A DNA stretch of 64,000 bases, taken from an uncultured Planctomycetaceae bacterium (GTDB lineage Bacteria > Planctomycetota > Planctomycetia > Planctomycetales > Planctomycetaceae). The notes under the pieces are model-generated. The model searched no databases. It saw nothing but the letters and a program-made list of their open reading frames with translations, and was not told where the DNA came from. This document shows, one piece after another, positions 12,769 to 23,467 of the stretch (positions within the stretch are counted from its first letter, which is position 1; the number at the start of each line of letters is the position of its first letter). The stretch is taken from assembly GCA_963813715.1 (NCBI GenBank), contig CAWFAK010000007.1, forward strand, positions 832,001 to 896,000, in the 5' to 3' direction. Made by a program: the position numbers and the translations under genes.

Positions 12769-13010
12769 TTGGGCGGAACGTTTAGCCGAGCCCGGCGTGC
12801 CGGCTTGCTCTTGAGTTGGCCCGACCGGTCCGTTCAGGCTAATTGGCGAAACAAGGTCGCCTGCAAGATCTCGGCTAGGATGTGGTGCCAATTCAACCAC
12901 GCAATCGCTCTAACTCCAGTTCACACAGACGTGCAGCGCGACGCGAGCTGCGACCCACTGGGTCTCGGCCGCGGCAGGCCAATTCGTCCTTCGCAGCTGC
13001 CGGTCGCCCG

Positions 13011-13139
13011 AATCTCAAACCTTTTTCCGGACACGCCAAAAAACGACCGGATTGCCATTCGTTTTCGCGGAATGCAGACTCGGGCTGCGAGGGCGGATCG
13101 AACACGCTGAAATCGGCAGCAGAATTCGAACGTTATTCG
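13011..13139 (+). repeat. Island repeat copy R3 (A-C-D; box B missing)
   Basis: AATCTCAAACCTTTTT..AAAAAACGACC / ATTGCCATTCGTTTTCGCGGAAT / GAATTCGAACGTT. Confidence 0.85.
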
Positions 13140-13221
13140 ACGGCGTCCGCCGGCCCACATTCGACGTGACCGACGTCCGATCAGCGCGATCGACTGGGGC
13201 GAACCTAGTTGACGATTGTTG

Positions 13222-13365
13222 TCACCGCCCCCTGCGGCAAACGTAGAGAATGACGGATCCCACCAGCGCGAGGATCAAGACTAGGAAAAATCCCCTGCAT
13301 GTGCGTTGCTTGGTGCTGCGAGGGCGCTCATCGATTGGATCAGGCTCAATATCGCCGTGCATCAT
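13222..13365 (-). CDS. Putative 47-aa single-pass membrane peptide
   Basis: AAAAGGGG then MMHGDIEPDPIDERPRSTKQRTCRGFFLVLILALVGSVILYVCRRGR; below the ORF-track size cut-off. Confidence 0.45.
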   Translation of the reverse strand: MMHGDIEPDPIDERPRSTKQRTCRGFFLVLILALVGSVILYVCRRGR

Positions 13366-13470
13366 GGCCCCTTTTGCGTGCCCTTGTGGATGGATCACAT
13401 CGGTTCGGCGAAGGAGCCAAGGGGCAAGGCTCCAGTTCAGTGTTTGTGGCCAGGATGGGCGTCCGCCGTT

Positions 13471-14115
13471 TCAGCGATTCTTCATCACGATTCGGTGCAC
13501 CACGCATGTGACGTCGTCGCAGTAGTCGATCGCCTGCTCGACTAGTTCGTAGAGCTCCTTCCACTTGATCACTTGGAAGGCGTCGAGGCCGCCATCGAAG
13601 AGCTGTGCCAGAAACTGGTGGTGGATGTTGTCGCCCTCCTCCTCCGCTTGATGGACGACGATTTTTAATTCATCGACCGACGCGGTATTCTCCGGCGGTT
13701 TCCGGTCTTTGATGTGGCGCAGGCCAGACACTGCGATGGCCATCAGGTGGGTGGCCTTCAGGAGAACAGCGCATTGGCTGACAAAGTCTTGGCGAACCAC
13801 GACGATCTTGTAAAACATCATCCGCTGGCCGGCAGCGTCGATCCTGTCGACCACGTCGTCGATCCGCCAAATTAAGTCATAGACGTCCTCTCGATCGATC
13901 GGCGCGAAGTAACGACGCTCGAGTCGATCGAGCGTCTCGTGCGTGATCTTGTCCCCTTCGCGTTCCCCGTCAATGATCGCCGTCACCAACTTGTTGCCCT
14001 GGTCATCCCCCTTTTTGGCTAAATCTGCCAGAAGCTCGGCGCAGTGCACTGCGTTCTGGGCCGCACGCTCGAAGGAGTCGAAATAGTGGACGTGTTTGGG
14101 CAGCAGGTTAAACAT
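13471..14115 (-). CDS. DUF47 (PhoU-like phosphate transport regulator) family protein
   Basis: MFNLLPK..YF, EREGDKITH, PIDREDVYDL..IDDVVD, IKWKELYELVEQAIDYCDDV. Confidence 0.9.
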   Translation of the reverse strand: MFNLLPKHVHYFDSFERAAQNAVHCAELLADLAKKGDDQGNKLVTAIIDGEREGDKITHETLDRLERRYFAPIDREDVYDLIWRIDDVVDRIDAAGQRMMFYKIVVVRQDFVSQCAVLLKATHLMAIAVSGLRHIKDRKPPENTASVDELKIVVHQAEEEGDNIHHQFLAQLFDGGLDAFQVIKWKELYELVEQAIDYCDDVTCVVHRIVMKNR

Positions 14116-14153
14116 TCGAGCTCACAGTCTGGTTCGGAGGATCCCGTGGCATT

Positions 14154-17100
14154 CTATGCCGGCTCTCCTGGAATCGATTGGAGGTCGTCCTCAGATTTGT
14201 TGGGCACAACGAGCGAGTAGACGCAGGGGACCACCAACAGGGTGGTCACAAGACCGGCGATCAGGCCGCCGAGGACTGCCCGGCCGAGAGGAACGTTTGC
14301 TTCGCTGCCCCGGCTCAATCCCAAAGACATTGGGATCAGGGCGAAGAATGTCGCCAGCGCGGTCATGACGACTGGCCGCACACGGACCGCGGCCGCGCGG
14401 CGGATCGCCTCCATCGGGGACACACGGTCCGCTTTGCGCACGTTTTCCGCAAAGTCGATCAAGAGGACCGTGTTGGAAACCACGATCCCCACCATGAAGA
14501 TCACCCCCAGCAGCGATTGGACGTTTAGAGCCGTGCCCGTGAAGTACAGCATCAGGATCACTCCGACCAGGCCGACCGGCACCGCCGACAGCACGACCAG
14601 CGGAGTCAAGTACGACCGGAAGAGGGCCACCATCAAGAAGTAGATCAAAAGCACGGCCCCGGCCATTCCCAGTGCCTGGAACCGGAACGTCTGCTGCATC
14701 TTTTGATACTCGCCGACCACGACGATTCGTGCCCCCTCCATCACCTTTTGGGCGGGGTCCTCTGGGTCGAACGGGCTCCAGCCACCATCAGGCCGCTCTT
14801 TGCCGAATCTCGCGACAACGCGGTTTACGTCCTCAGCCACATGCCCGATGTCCCGGCTATGAACCCCCATCGTGAGATCCATCGTGGCCTGAAGGTTCGT
14901 GTGGTTGATCTCGGCCGGCACTTCAACGCGCGGGAGCGGGACCTTCACAATGTTCCGCAGCGGGATCGGCTGCTTCTGTCCGGGGCCAGTGATCGGAATG
15001 TCGAGCAACGTATCGACCGACGAGATGTCCTGCTCCGGATACTGCACTCCGACGAAATACTGGTTGGAACTCTTTGGGTCGATCCAGAAATTCTTCTTGT
15101 TGAACTGGACGCTCGAGTTGAATGCCGAGACCACGTTTTGCATTACGTCGGCCTGATTCAGCCCGAGAGCGGACGTCTTCGCCTGATCGACCTCGAGAAC
15201 ATATTGCGGATAGTCGAGCCGCTGGATAATGCGGGCGTCAACCACTCCGTCGATGCCCTTAACCTGGTTCAAAATCCGCTCGGCCACTTTGCGGGCTTTC
15301 AGCATCTTCTTGGCCGTAATCCGGACGTTGATTGGGGTCGACTTTCCCTCGTTCATCGCCGCCCGCACCATGCCGCCCGCGTCGAAGGCGAACTCCAGGT
15401 CGGAAAATCGCGTCTCACCCGCGAACCCCTCGCGCAAGACTTGGACACTCTCCTGAGCGGACCGCGACCGTTCGCCCTTGAGCTGGACCTTGACGACTGC
15501 ATCCATCGGCCCCGCGTTCGGGGTAAACGCGGCCGACCAGTTGGGGGTCAGTCCAATCTCGCTGATCACGAGCTCGAGGTCGCCGCCGATCTTGTCTTTC
15601 ACGAACTGTTCCACCGTGGCGATTTTTTCTTCTGTTTCCTCGATTCGAGTGCCGGACGGGGCCCGGACGAAGATCTCAAATGCACCGGCGTCGACCTCCG
15701 GGAAGAACTCGCGGCGAAGCACCGGGCCAAGCAAAACGATGACGGCCGCCAGAGCCGCGAAGGCCACTCCGATCACGAGGCTGCGGGTCCGCAATGCCAA
15801 GGCCAGAACTCGGGTATAAACCGCGATTCCGGCATCGATCACGGCCTCCCACTTTTCGAACAGGCGGCCGAGCCGTCCCTTCGGGGGAGCGTTTTCGTGG
15901 TCGTTGCGGTGCTCGTAATCTTCGGAATGGGATTCCAGCGGCTTATGACCGTGCGACTTTTAGCCACACGGCACACCGAGCCGGGACGAACGTCCGCGAT
16001 AAGACGTAAGCGATTGCCATGGCAAACGCGACGGAAAGGAACATCGGGCGGAACAGGAACGCCCCGAGCCCGGGCATCAACGCCAGCGGAAGCAAGAACG
16101 AGCAGGGTGCAGAGGGTGGCAATCAACTCCGGCAGCGCCACCTCGCTGGCACCCAGATAAGCGGCCTCGACGGGATTCGCTCCCAGGCCCAGGTGGCGGT
16201 GTGTGTTTTCGAGGCAAATGATCGCGCTGTCCACAAGCGGACCGATGGCGAGCGCGAGCCCGGCCAGGGTCATCAGGTTGATCGTTTGATCGAGCCCGTA
16301 CAGGCAGGCGACGGTTCCCATCACGGCAACCGGAATGGTCATCACCGCGACCATCGTCATCCGCCACTCGCCCAGGAACAAGAGGATCACCAGCGGCAAA
16401 GGATGGCGCCGAGCACGCCTTCTTCCGCCAGGCTTTCGATGGCCTTGCGGACATACACCGACTGGTCCATGACCACTTGCAGATCGACGTCGGGGGTGGT
16501 CAGCCGCTCCTTCATGTCCGGCAGATTCTCTTTGAGGCTGTCGACCACGCTGAGGGTGCTGTAGCCCGATTGTCGGTAGACGGGGATGTAAACCTGCCGG
16601 CGACCGTCGACCCGAACCACGTTCGTCTGAATCGTGGCGGCGTCTTTCGGGACCGCCACCTCCTTGAGGAAGATCGTTCGCCCGGACGCATCGGTTTTGA
16701 TCGGCACGTCGGCCATGCGCTCCACGGTGTCGTACATCGCGTTGGAGTCGAGCGTGTAATCGAACTTGCCGAATTTCGCGTCGCCGGCCGGGATGAAGAT
16801 GTTGAACCGATCGAGTGCATTCATCACATCGGTCGGAGCAAGGCCGTGGGCCTGGAGCCGGTCCCGATCGAGGTATGCGAGGATGGTGCGGATCTTTCCC
16901 CCATACACCACGGGCGCATTCGCGCCGCGCGACGACATAATCATCATTCGGACCTGATAACGAGCCGTGTCGTAGAGGACCGACTCGTTCTGGGTCTTGC
17001 TGTTCAGAGCGACCAGGCAGACCGGCGTCGACGAAGTGGGATCGTAGGGCAAGATGACCGGTGGCAGGGTTCCCGGAGGCAGCGTCGGAATTTCGACGGT

Positions 17101-17439
17101 TACGAGAGAGTTCACTTGGGTTAAAGCGCCGGACGGATCGACGTCGCCGGCAAAGAAATTTCGGACGATGCTGACGCCCAGGAGCGACCGTGACTCCTGA
17201 CGCAAGATCCCGGCGGCCTGCCCGCTGCCGCGCTCCATCCGGGCCGTGATTCCGGACTCGACGCTGGTCGCGGCCATGCCGTTGTAGAACGTCAAAACCT
17301 GGACGGCCGGGCTCCGATACACCGGCAAGATGTCGGCGGGAATCGCGAAGAGCGAAACGGCCCCGCCCAACAGCACCGTCAGGATCAACACAGTAATCGC
17401 GCGGGGATTACTGAGCGAAAAGCGGATCAAACCGTTCAT
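14154..17439 (-). CDS. RND efflux permease (frameshifts near 16390, 16090 and 15955)
   Basis: IPADILP, IGPLVDSAIICLEN, REFFPEVDAG, RVRPVVMTALAT spread over four frame segments. Confidence 0.88.
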
Positions 17440-17556
17440 AGATCAGGTCGTTTCACGGCCTGATCCTGAATCGGGGTACTCCGGCCGGAGCAGTCATGGG
17501 GTGAGTTATGGCGTGTCGCGTGCGATCGCCGATTAATGGCTCGCGTAGGTCTGTTT

Positions 17557-18958
17557 TCAGTCGGTCGCCGCAACGGCGTTGCCCTCGCTCAACGGTCCGG
17601 CAGCCCGAACGATGACCCGATCCCCCGCGGTCAATCCGGAGAGGATCTCGACCTCCGACCCGTTGTCGGCCCCAAGCTGGACCGAGACGAACGCGGCTTT
17701 ACCGCCGCGGGCGAGCCGAACCACTCCCTTTCCGTCACCTGCCTTCCCGAACAGAGCGGCTGAAGGGATTCGGAATGCGCCCGGCGCCCCAACCTGCAGG
17801 CTGAGAGTGACGCGCCCAAACATTCCGCGACGGAGCGTCCCATCCGGGTTTTTGAGATGCACCTCGGTTCGCATCATCCGGGTCTGCGGATCCTCGGATG
17901 CGGCCAGCCGAGACACTTCCACTTTGTCAGCGCCGCGGGTCTTGAATACGACGCCGGGCAGCGCATCCACCTCGACCACCGCCGGGTCGCCGCAGTCGAC
18001 GAACGGGACGTCGCGTTCGGGCACCTGAATCACGACGCGCATGACGTCGGTCGCGCTCGACCGCCAGCACCGGCACCCGCTCGCCCTTCGCATAGCCGGC
18101 GTCAGCCGATCGAATGAAATCACCCGGATGGAAATTCCGCTGGGTGACCACTCCGGTATACGGAGAGCGAATGATGGTGTAATCGAGCAGGACTTTCGAC
18201 TGCTCGAGCTTGTCCTTGGCCGTTTCGATCTCCGCCTCTGCGTAGCGCAGATCGGCCTGAGCCTGCGAGACCCGGGCCCGGGCGGCGGCTTCCTTCTGCC
18301 TGGCCGCGTTCACTGCCTCGGCCGCAGCCAGATCGCTCGACACGGCCGCTTGGAATTGGTCCTCATTCTCATCCGCAAGCTTGGCTTCAAGGGAGCGGCT
18401 GGCAACAAGGTCTCTAATCCGGTCCCGCTGCTTCTCACGATATGCCCGGTACGACTCCTTGCTCTTCTTTTCGGCCTGGGCCAGCGAGATCGCCGCGGTT
18501 GCCACGCCGAGGTCAGCTTTGGCCGAGGTGATGGCGGCCTTCATCTGGTCCACCCGCGCCTCGGCCCGGGCGACATTGGCTGTGTCCTCTTTTATCTGTT
18601 TCTCGTATTCCGGGACCGAGATGCGGGCCAGAACATCGCCGGCGTGCACCCGGTAGCCGATATCGACGTTCTGCTCAACGAGGAAGCCGGAGACTTTGCT
18701 GTATAAGTCGGCACACTCGAATGGTTCGACCGATCCGGGTTGGGTGCACAGACGATCGATACCACCGGAGCGAGGAGTAATGACTTTGACCGAGATAGCC
18801 GCCGAGGTCTCGCCGTTTTTGGCGCCGTCGAGCTGCGTTGGTCGCACGACCTCAGCAGCGGCCTTGCCGCGAACGAATACGTATCCGGTGCCGGCGCCGA
18901 CCGCTCCCAGCACCGCGAGAGCCAACAACCACCGCTTCCTCTTGCCTGATGAACGCAT
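17557..18958 (-). CDS. RND periplasmic adaptor (frameshift near 18060)
   Basis: N-terminal TM, LYSKVSGFL..VDIGYRVHAGDVL, YTIIRSPYTGVVTQRN, TRMMRTEVHL. Confidence 0.88.
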
Positions 18959-19035
18959 GGACTGAATGACGACCCTGACGGCCGACCTTTCGTGATTGGA
19001 TCCCGACTCGAGACGATGCCGAGGCACGGACTCTT

Positions 19036-19054
19036 AAGCAAAGGACAGGCCGAA
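19036..19054 (-). promoter_or_regulatory. Putative sigma-54 (-24/-12) promoter of the second RND operon
   Basis: Minus strand TTCGGCCTGTCCTTTGCTT has GG-N10-GC; adjacent to a sigma-54 activator gene. Confidence 0.55.
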
Positions 19055-19162
19055 ATGAATGGATGCCGAGAGCATGTCCGAAAGTCACAGTCAGCGAATG
19101 ACTTGTGCGATCGAAGGAGAAAATGGCTTGAACCGGCGGTCTCGAATCCAAGCGGAAGGTTC

Positions 19163-19197
19163 GGGAGAAAATCCCAAATGGTTGGGATCTATTCCCA
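19163..19197. promoter_or_regulatory. Tandem palindromic boxes, putative activator binding sites
   Basis: GGGAGAAAATCCC and TGGGATCTATTCCCA, about 110-145 bp upstream of the -24/-12 element. Confidence 0.5.
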
Positions 19198-19236
19198 AAA
19201 GTCGGGCGAGACCGCGAAGGTGGGAGAGCGTCGCTT

Positions 19237-20683
19237 TCAGTCCGGCATCCCGGTGAAGTCGCTGGCTCCCTTGGCGGGGGTGATCCCCAGTTCGCGAAGC
19301 TTATTGCGAAGCGTCTTCCGATCGATGCCGAGCCGTTCGCAGGCGTTGCCCAGATGTCCGTGAGCGTGCCGAAGGACTCGAGTAATCAGCTCCCGTTCGA
19401 CCGCTGTGAGGACCTTGTGGTACATCTCCTTCTCGCCGCCGCTCAGCATGGATTCGATGGTTCCCACGACGTCGAGATCAGAGGGGCTCTGGCCGACGAT
19501 TGGAACCTTGGCTGAATCCTCTCCGGCCGCAACAAGCCCCGGCGGAAGAAACTCCGCGAGGATCGTCCGTCCGGTCGTCCTCAGGGTCGCTTCCTTGATC
19601 GCACCGCGCAGCTCGCGAACGTTGCCCGGCCACGGATAACGTCGGAAGATTTCCAGCACCTCGGGCGCAAAGCCACGAACGTCTCGCCCCGACTCGCGGG
19701 CAAACTGAGCCAAGAAATGGTGAGCCAGCTCCTCGATGTCTTCGGTCCGATCGCGGAGCGGAGGGAGCCGGATCGTGATCTCCTTCAGACGGTAGTAGAG
19801 ATCGCTTCGGAACCGGCCATCGACGATAAGTTGTTCCAAGTTATAGTTGGTCGCTGCCAGCACCCGGACTTTGCGTGCTGATCGATTTGCCACCGCCGAC
19901 TCGCTCGAACGTTTGATCCTGCAGAAACCGGAGCATTTTCGCCTGGACGGCCGCCGGCATGTCTCCGATCTCGTCCAGAAAGAGGGTGCCGCCGTCCGCC
20001 TGCTCGAATCGGCCGATCCGCCGCTGGTCGGCGCCGGTGAACGCGCCGGGCTCGTGACCGAAAAGTTCGCTCTCGACGAGCCCTTCGGGAATCGCCGCGC
20101 AATTGATCGCCAGAAAGGGCTTGTCCGCTCGCTGACTGTGCTCGTAAATGGCGCGTGCGACCAGCTCTTTCCCGGTGCCGCTCTCACCCAGGATCAGCAC
20201 CGTCACGTCCAACGGAGCGACCCGGCCGATCTGTTTGGAGATCTCCCGCACGAGAGGAGACCGGCCGACAATTCGTTCCTTGCGCGCTTCATCCGGAGGG
20301 ACGGCGGGTTCGATCCTGAGACGGGCCGCTTCGAATGCTCGCTCCAGCAGTCCGCTCATTTGCTCGAGGTCGAAGGGCTTGCCGATATAGTCGAACGCCC
20401 CCCGCTTCATTGCCTCGATCGCCGTCTCGGTCGTTCCGTGCGCGGTCAAGAAGATGACTGGACGCTTGGGATCGGCCGCCCGAATCCGATCAAATAGATC
20501 GAGGCCGGATCCATCCAGAAGCTGGAGATCCAGCACGATCACGTCCGGCTGGTCCTCCTCGACCCGCTGCCAAGCCTCGGCGACCGTTCCGGCCGAGGCC
20601 ACCTCGACATCAACCGTCGCAAAGACCCAGTGGAACGACTGGCAGATCAGCGGTTCGTCATCAATGACCAGCAGTTTCGGCAT
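19237..20683 (-). CDS. Sigma-54-dependent response regulator, NtrC family (frameshift near 19870)
   Basis: REC domain [37 protein letters not shown]-terminal HTH. Confidence 0.93.
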
Positions 20684-22157
20684 GCAACTCTTCTGCGGTT
20701 GGCAGGGTGAGCGTAAAACAGGCGCCGCCACCGGAGCGGTCGGCAGCAGTCAGTTCGCCCCCGTGCTCCCGTGCAACCCGCCGGGCAACAGTCAGACCGA
20801 GCCCGGTCCCGGTCGGCTTGGTGGTTGCGAAAGGGGTAAACAGCCTACCCACGAGTGTTCGATCAATCCCCGGACCGCTGTCGCTCACCTCGACCCGAAT
20901 CATACCGCCCTTGCCTGTTCCGGTGGAGACAGTGACTTCGCCTCCGGGCGGGGTGGCATCGATCGCATTGAACAGCAGGTTGGTGAGGACCGACAAAAAC
21001 TGATCACAGTCGATGGCGGCGCGGAGCGGTTCGTGCGAGGAATTCAGCCGCACGGAGATTGATTTCGTCTCCGCCCGGCTTTGTGCGACGTCGATGGCCG
21101 CCTCGACGAACGTCCGAATGTCGTGTGTGCGGAGGTCGCGGGGCCCGGCCTGGGCAAAATCCATCAGCCCCTGCACAGTCCTTTCGATCCGAGCGACTTC
21201 CTGGAGCAGCAGGTGCAGACGGTCCACCGTGAGTGGGGTCGGGTTCTGTGGCCGTACCGCAGCTTGAAGCAGGAACTTCACGCCGGTAAGAGGGTTTCTG
21301 ACCTCGTGCGCGACTTCGGCTGCGAGTTCCCCGACGGCCGCGAGCTGCTCCGCCCGAAGCAACTCCCGCTCCTGCTCCTGAAGCCGCTGGCAGACTGCGC
21401 TGACCCGGGCGACTACTCGGTCCAGTTGCTTGTCAAGATCTCCGAAGTGGGCCGGCGCCTGGACGGTCATTTCACCGACCTCCTGATCCAGGTGTGCTTG
21501 AACTGCTTGGACTCGGATCGACAAGCGAGCGACGCGTTGCGTCAGCGCCCGGGCGGTCGCGTACCCGCTCAAGAGACCCGCGAGGACGCCTGCGAACCCA
21601 AGGGAGAACAGCACCCGACCGGCCCAGGCGGTCTGGGTCTCGCTTCGTTCCAGGCTGTCCCTCATTCGCTTGCTTTGGCGATCCGCCAATTCGACGCACG
21701 GCGCCAGCAGGTCGCGCATGTGGTGCGCGTCCGACCACCGGGCCACATCGCTGTTGCTAATCTTTGCCGCGGCGGGAAGTCGGTCGATCGCGAGATTTTC
21801 CCGGTACCGCGCGTAGTCTTGCACGATTCTTTGAGACAGTTGGGCATCCTCCCGAGTCGTGGCGGTCTGCTGAATCGCCGCGAGCGCCGCGTCGACATGC
21901 GCCAGATCAGCCCGCACGGTCTCGCGACGAGCGTCCGTCGGATCCGCAAAGAGCACCAGCGAATGGACCCGCAGGTGCCGGAGCTGGAGCTGAAGATCGA
22001 CGGCGGCCTCCCTCGCGGCTGCGTCCTGGCTGACAGCCCGCGCCAACTCCGCCTGAAGTCGATTGATATACCAAGAGCCGGCCAGGCAAGCGACCGCGAC
22101 CAGAATCCCAAGCGCAACGAGCGGCCCCGAGTAAATGTTGAACAGAAACTGGCGCAT
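20661..22157 (-). CDS. Membrane sensor histidine kinase
   Basis: Two TMs, H-box [29 protein letters not shown]. Confidence 0.93.
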   Translation of the reverse strand: MRQFLFNIYSGPLVALGILVAVACLAGSWYINRLQAELARAVSQDAAAREAAVDLQLQLRHLRVHSLVLFADPTDARRETVRADLAHVDAALAAIQQTATTREDAQLSQRIVQDYARYRENLAIDRLPAAAKISNSDVARWSDAHHMRDLLAPCVELADRQSKRMRDSLERSETQTAWAGRVLFSLGFAGVLAGLLSGYATARALTQRVARLSIRVQAVQAHLDQEVGEMTVQAPAHFGDLDKQLDRVVARVSAVCQRLQEQERELLRAEQLAAVGELAAEVAHEVRNPLTGVKFLLQAAVRPQNPTPLTVDRLHLLLQEVARIERTVQGLMDFAQAGPRDLRTHDIRTFVEAAIDVAQSRAETKSISVRLNSSHEPLRAAIDCDQFLSVLTNLLFNAIDATPPGGEVTVSTGTGKGGMIRVEVSDSGPGIDRTLVGRLFTPFATTKPTGTGLGLTVARRVAREHGGELTAADRSGGGACFTLTLPTAEELHAETAGH

Positions 22158-22424
22158 TGGGCCAATCCTCTTGCTGCAAGCTCGACTTCGGATTCGGAGT
22201 CCCCATGCATTCTTGTCTTTTATTACTTCGACTGCCAATCCCGTGGCTCACGGAGTCTCGCTTCTTGCCGGCACACAAAATGGCCTTGCAGTGCCATAGC
22301 GCTCGAGCACCTAGGCTCGACGAGGCCCTGTCGGAGGTCGCGTTTGCCGTTACGTGATTCAGAGTAATCGTCGGTACTATTTGCGCGGGGGTTCCTCCAA
22401 GAATCGCAGCACTGAAGTGTCCAT

Positions 22425-22462
22425 AATCTCAACCGTTTTCTGCCATTCCCGTTAATCGACCC
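22425..22462 (+). repeat. Island repeat R4 left part (box A)
   Basis: AATCTCAACCGTTTTCTGCCATTCCCGTTAATCGACC, nearly identical to the start of R1. Confidence 0.85.
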
Positions 22463-22559
22463 AGTTTCTGAAACTCGTTGCCCAGGATCTGGGAACGCTG
22501 TGAAGACAGTCGGCGTCCGATATCGAGACGCACATCAAGTCTGACAACAGAGCAATTCC

Positions 22560-23438
22560 GTGATCGCCGCTTCCGACGGCGGTCGCCTTGTCGGATACGC
22601 TCGGGTCGGCACGGAAGGCCAAGAGCTGGCACTCCAACTCGATGCCCTGCGAAATCACGGAGTCGCGAACGAGCTGATTTTCACCGACAATGCGTCGGGC
22701 GCAAAACGTGACCGACCAGGGCTAGATGCCTGCTTCCGCGAGCTTCGCGCCGGCGACATCTTGCTGGTCTGGCGTCTCGACCGACTGGGAAGATCGGTCC
22801 GCCACCTGGTCACGCTGATCGATCAGCTTCAGGACCTTGGCGTTGGATTCCGGTCCGTCTGCGATGGCGCCATCGACACCACGACGCCCTCGGGCGAGTT
22901 AATCTTTCACATCTTCTCGTCACTCGCGCAATTCGAACGCCGACTCATCCAGGAGCGGACCAAAGCCGGGCTCGCCGCCGCTCGTGCGCGCGGTCATACG
23001 GGTGGTCGGCCGCCACTGACTCCAAACGACGCCAAAGTTGCGCTCGCGAATAAACTCTTCCCCGACAAGTCAGTGGATCCGGATGACATCTGCGCGACGT
23101 TGAAGATTTCGAAGACCACCCTGTACCGTTATGTGGAGATCGCGACAGGACGCGTGATTCGGTCGCGGAATCACTCTCGTTTACGCCGACACACCGGGGC
23201 CGCCGGGCCAAAAACTCATACGATTCTTCGGACGCTTTTAGGACGCCAGATTGCCATACGTCTTGGCGGAATCGGGCCGCAGGCTGTGAGAGTGGGCGAA
23301 ACGCCCGGAAAACGGCGGCGTAAATCGAACCATTTTCGGAACAGCCATTTAGCTCCATTCACGGGAACATTTGTGGACAAATGTCGTGTCTTCAACCATC
23401 TTCACATGGGGATCCCGGGTGCTGCATTCGCCGCCTGA
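22560..23438 (+). CDS. Small serine recombinase (resolvase/invertase family), probably inactive
   Basis: GYARVGT (canonical GYARVST), RPGL, VWRLDRLGRS, LAQFERRLIQERT, HTH ending KTTLYRY near 23130; ORF then reads through the repeat without the expected stop. Confidence 0.9.
   Translation: MIAASDGGRLVGYARVGTEGQELALQLDALRNHGVANELIFTDNASGAKRDRPGLDACFRELRAGDILLVWRLDRLGRSVRHLVTLIDQLQDLGVGFRSVCDGAIDTTTPSGELIFHIFSSLAQFERRLIQERTKAGLAAARARGHTGGRPPLTPNDAKVALANKLFPDKSVDPDDICATLKISKTTLYRYVEIATGRVIRSRNHSRLRRHTGAAGPKTHTILRTLLGRQIAIRLGGIGPQAVRVGETPGKRRRKSNHFRNSHLAPFTGTFVDKCRVFNHLHMGIPGAAFAA
23210..23339 (+). repeat. Island repeat R4 right part (boxes B-C-D)
   Basis: AAACTCATACGATT / ATTGCCATACGTCTTGGCGGAATC..GCTGTGAGAG / AATCGAACCATTTT. 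Confidence 0.85.
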
Positions 23439-23467
23439 TTCGCCTCCACTTCGCCGAGAGACTTCCA

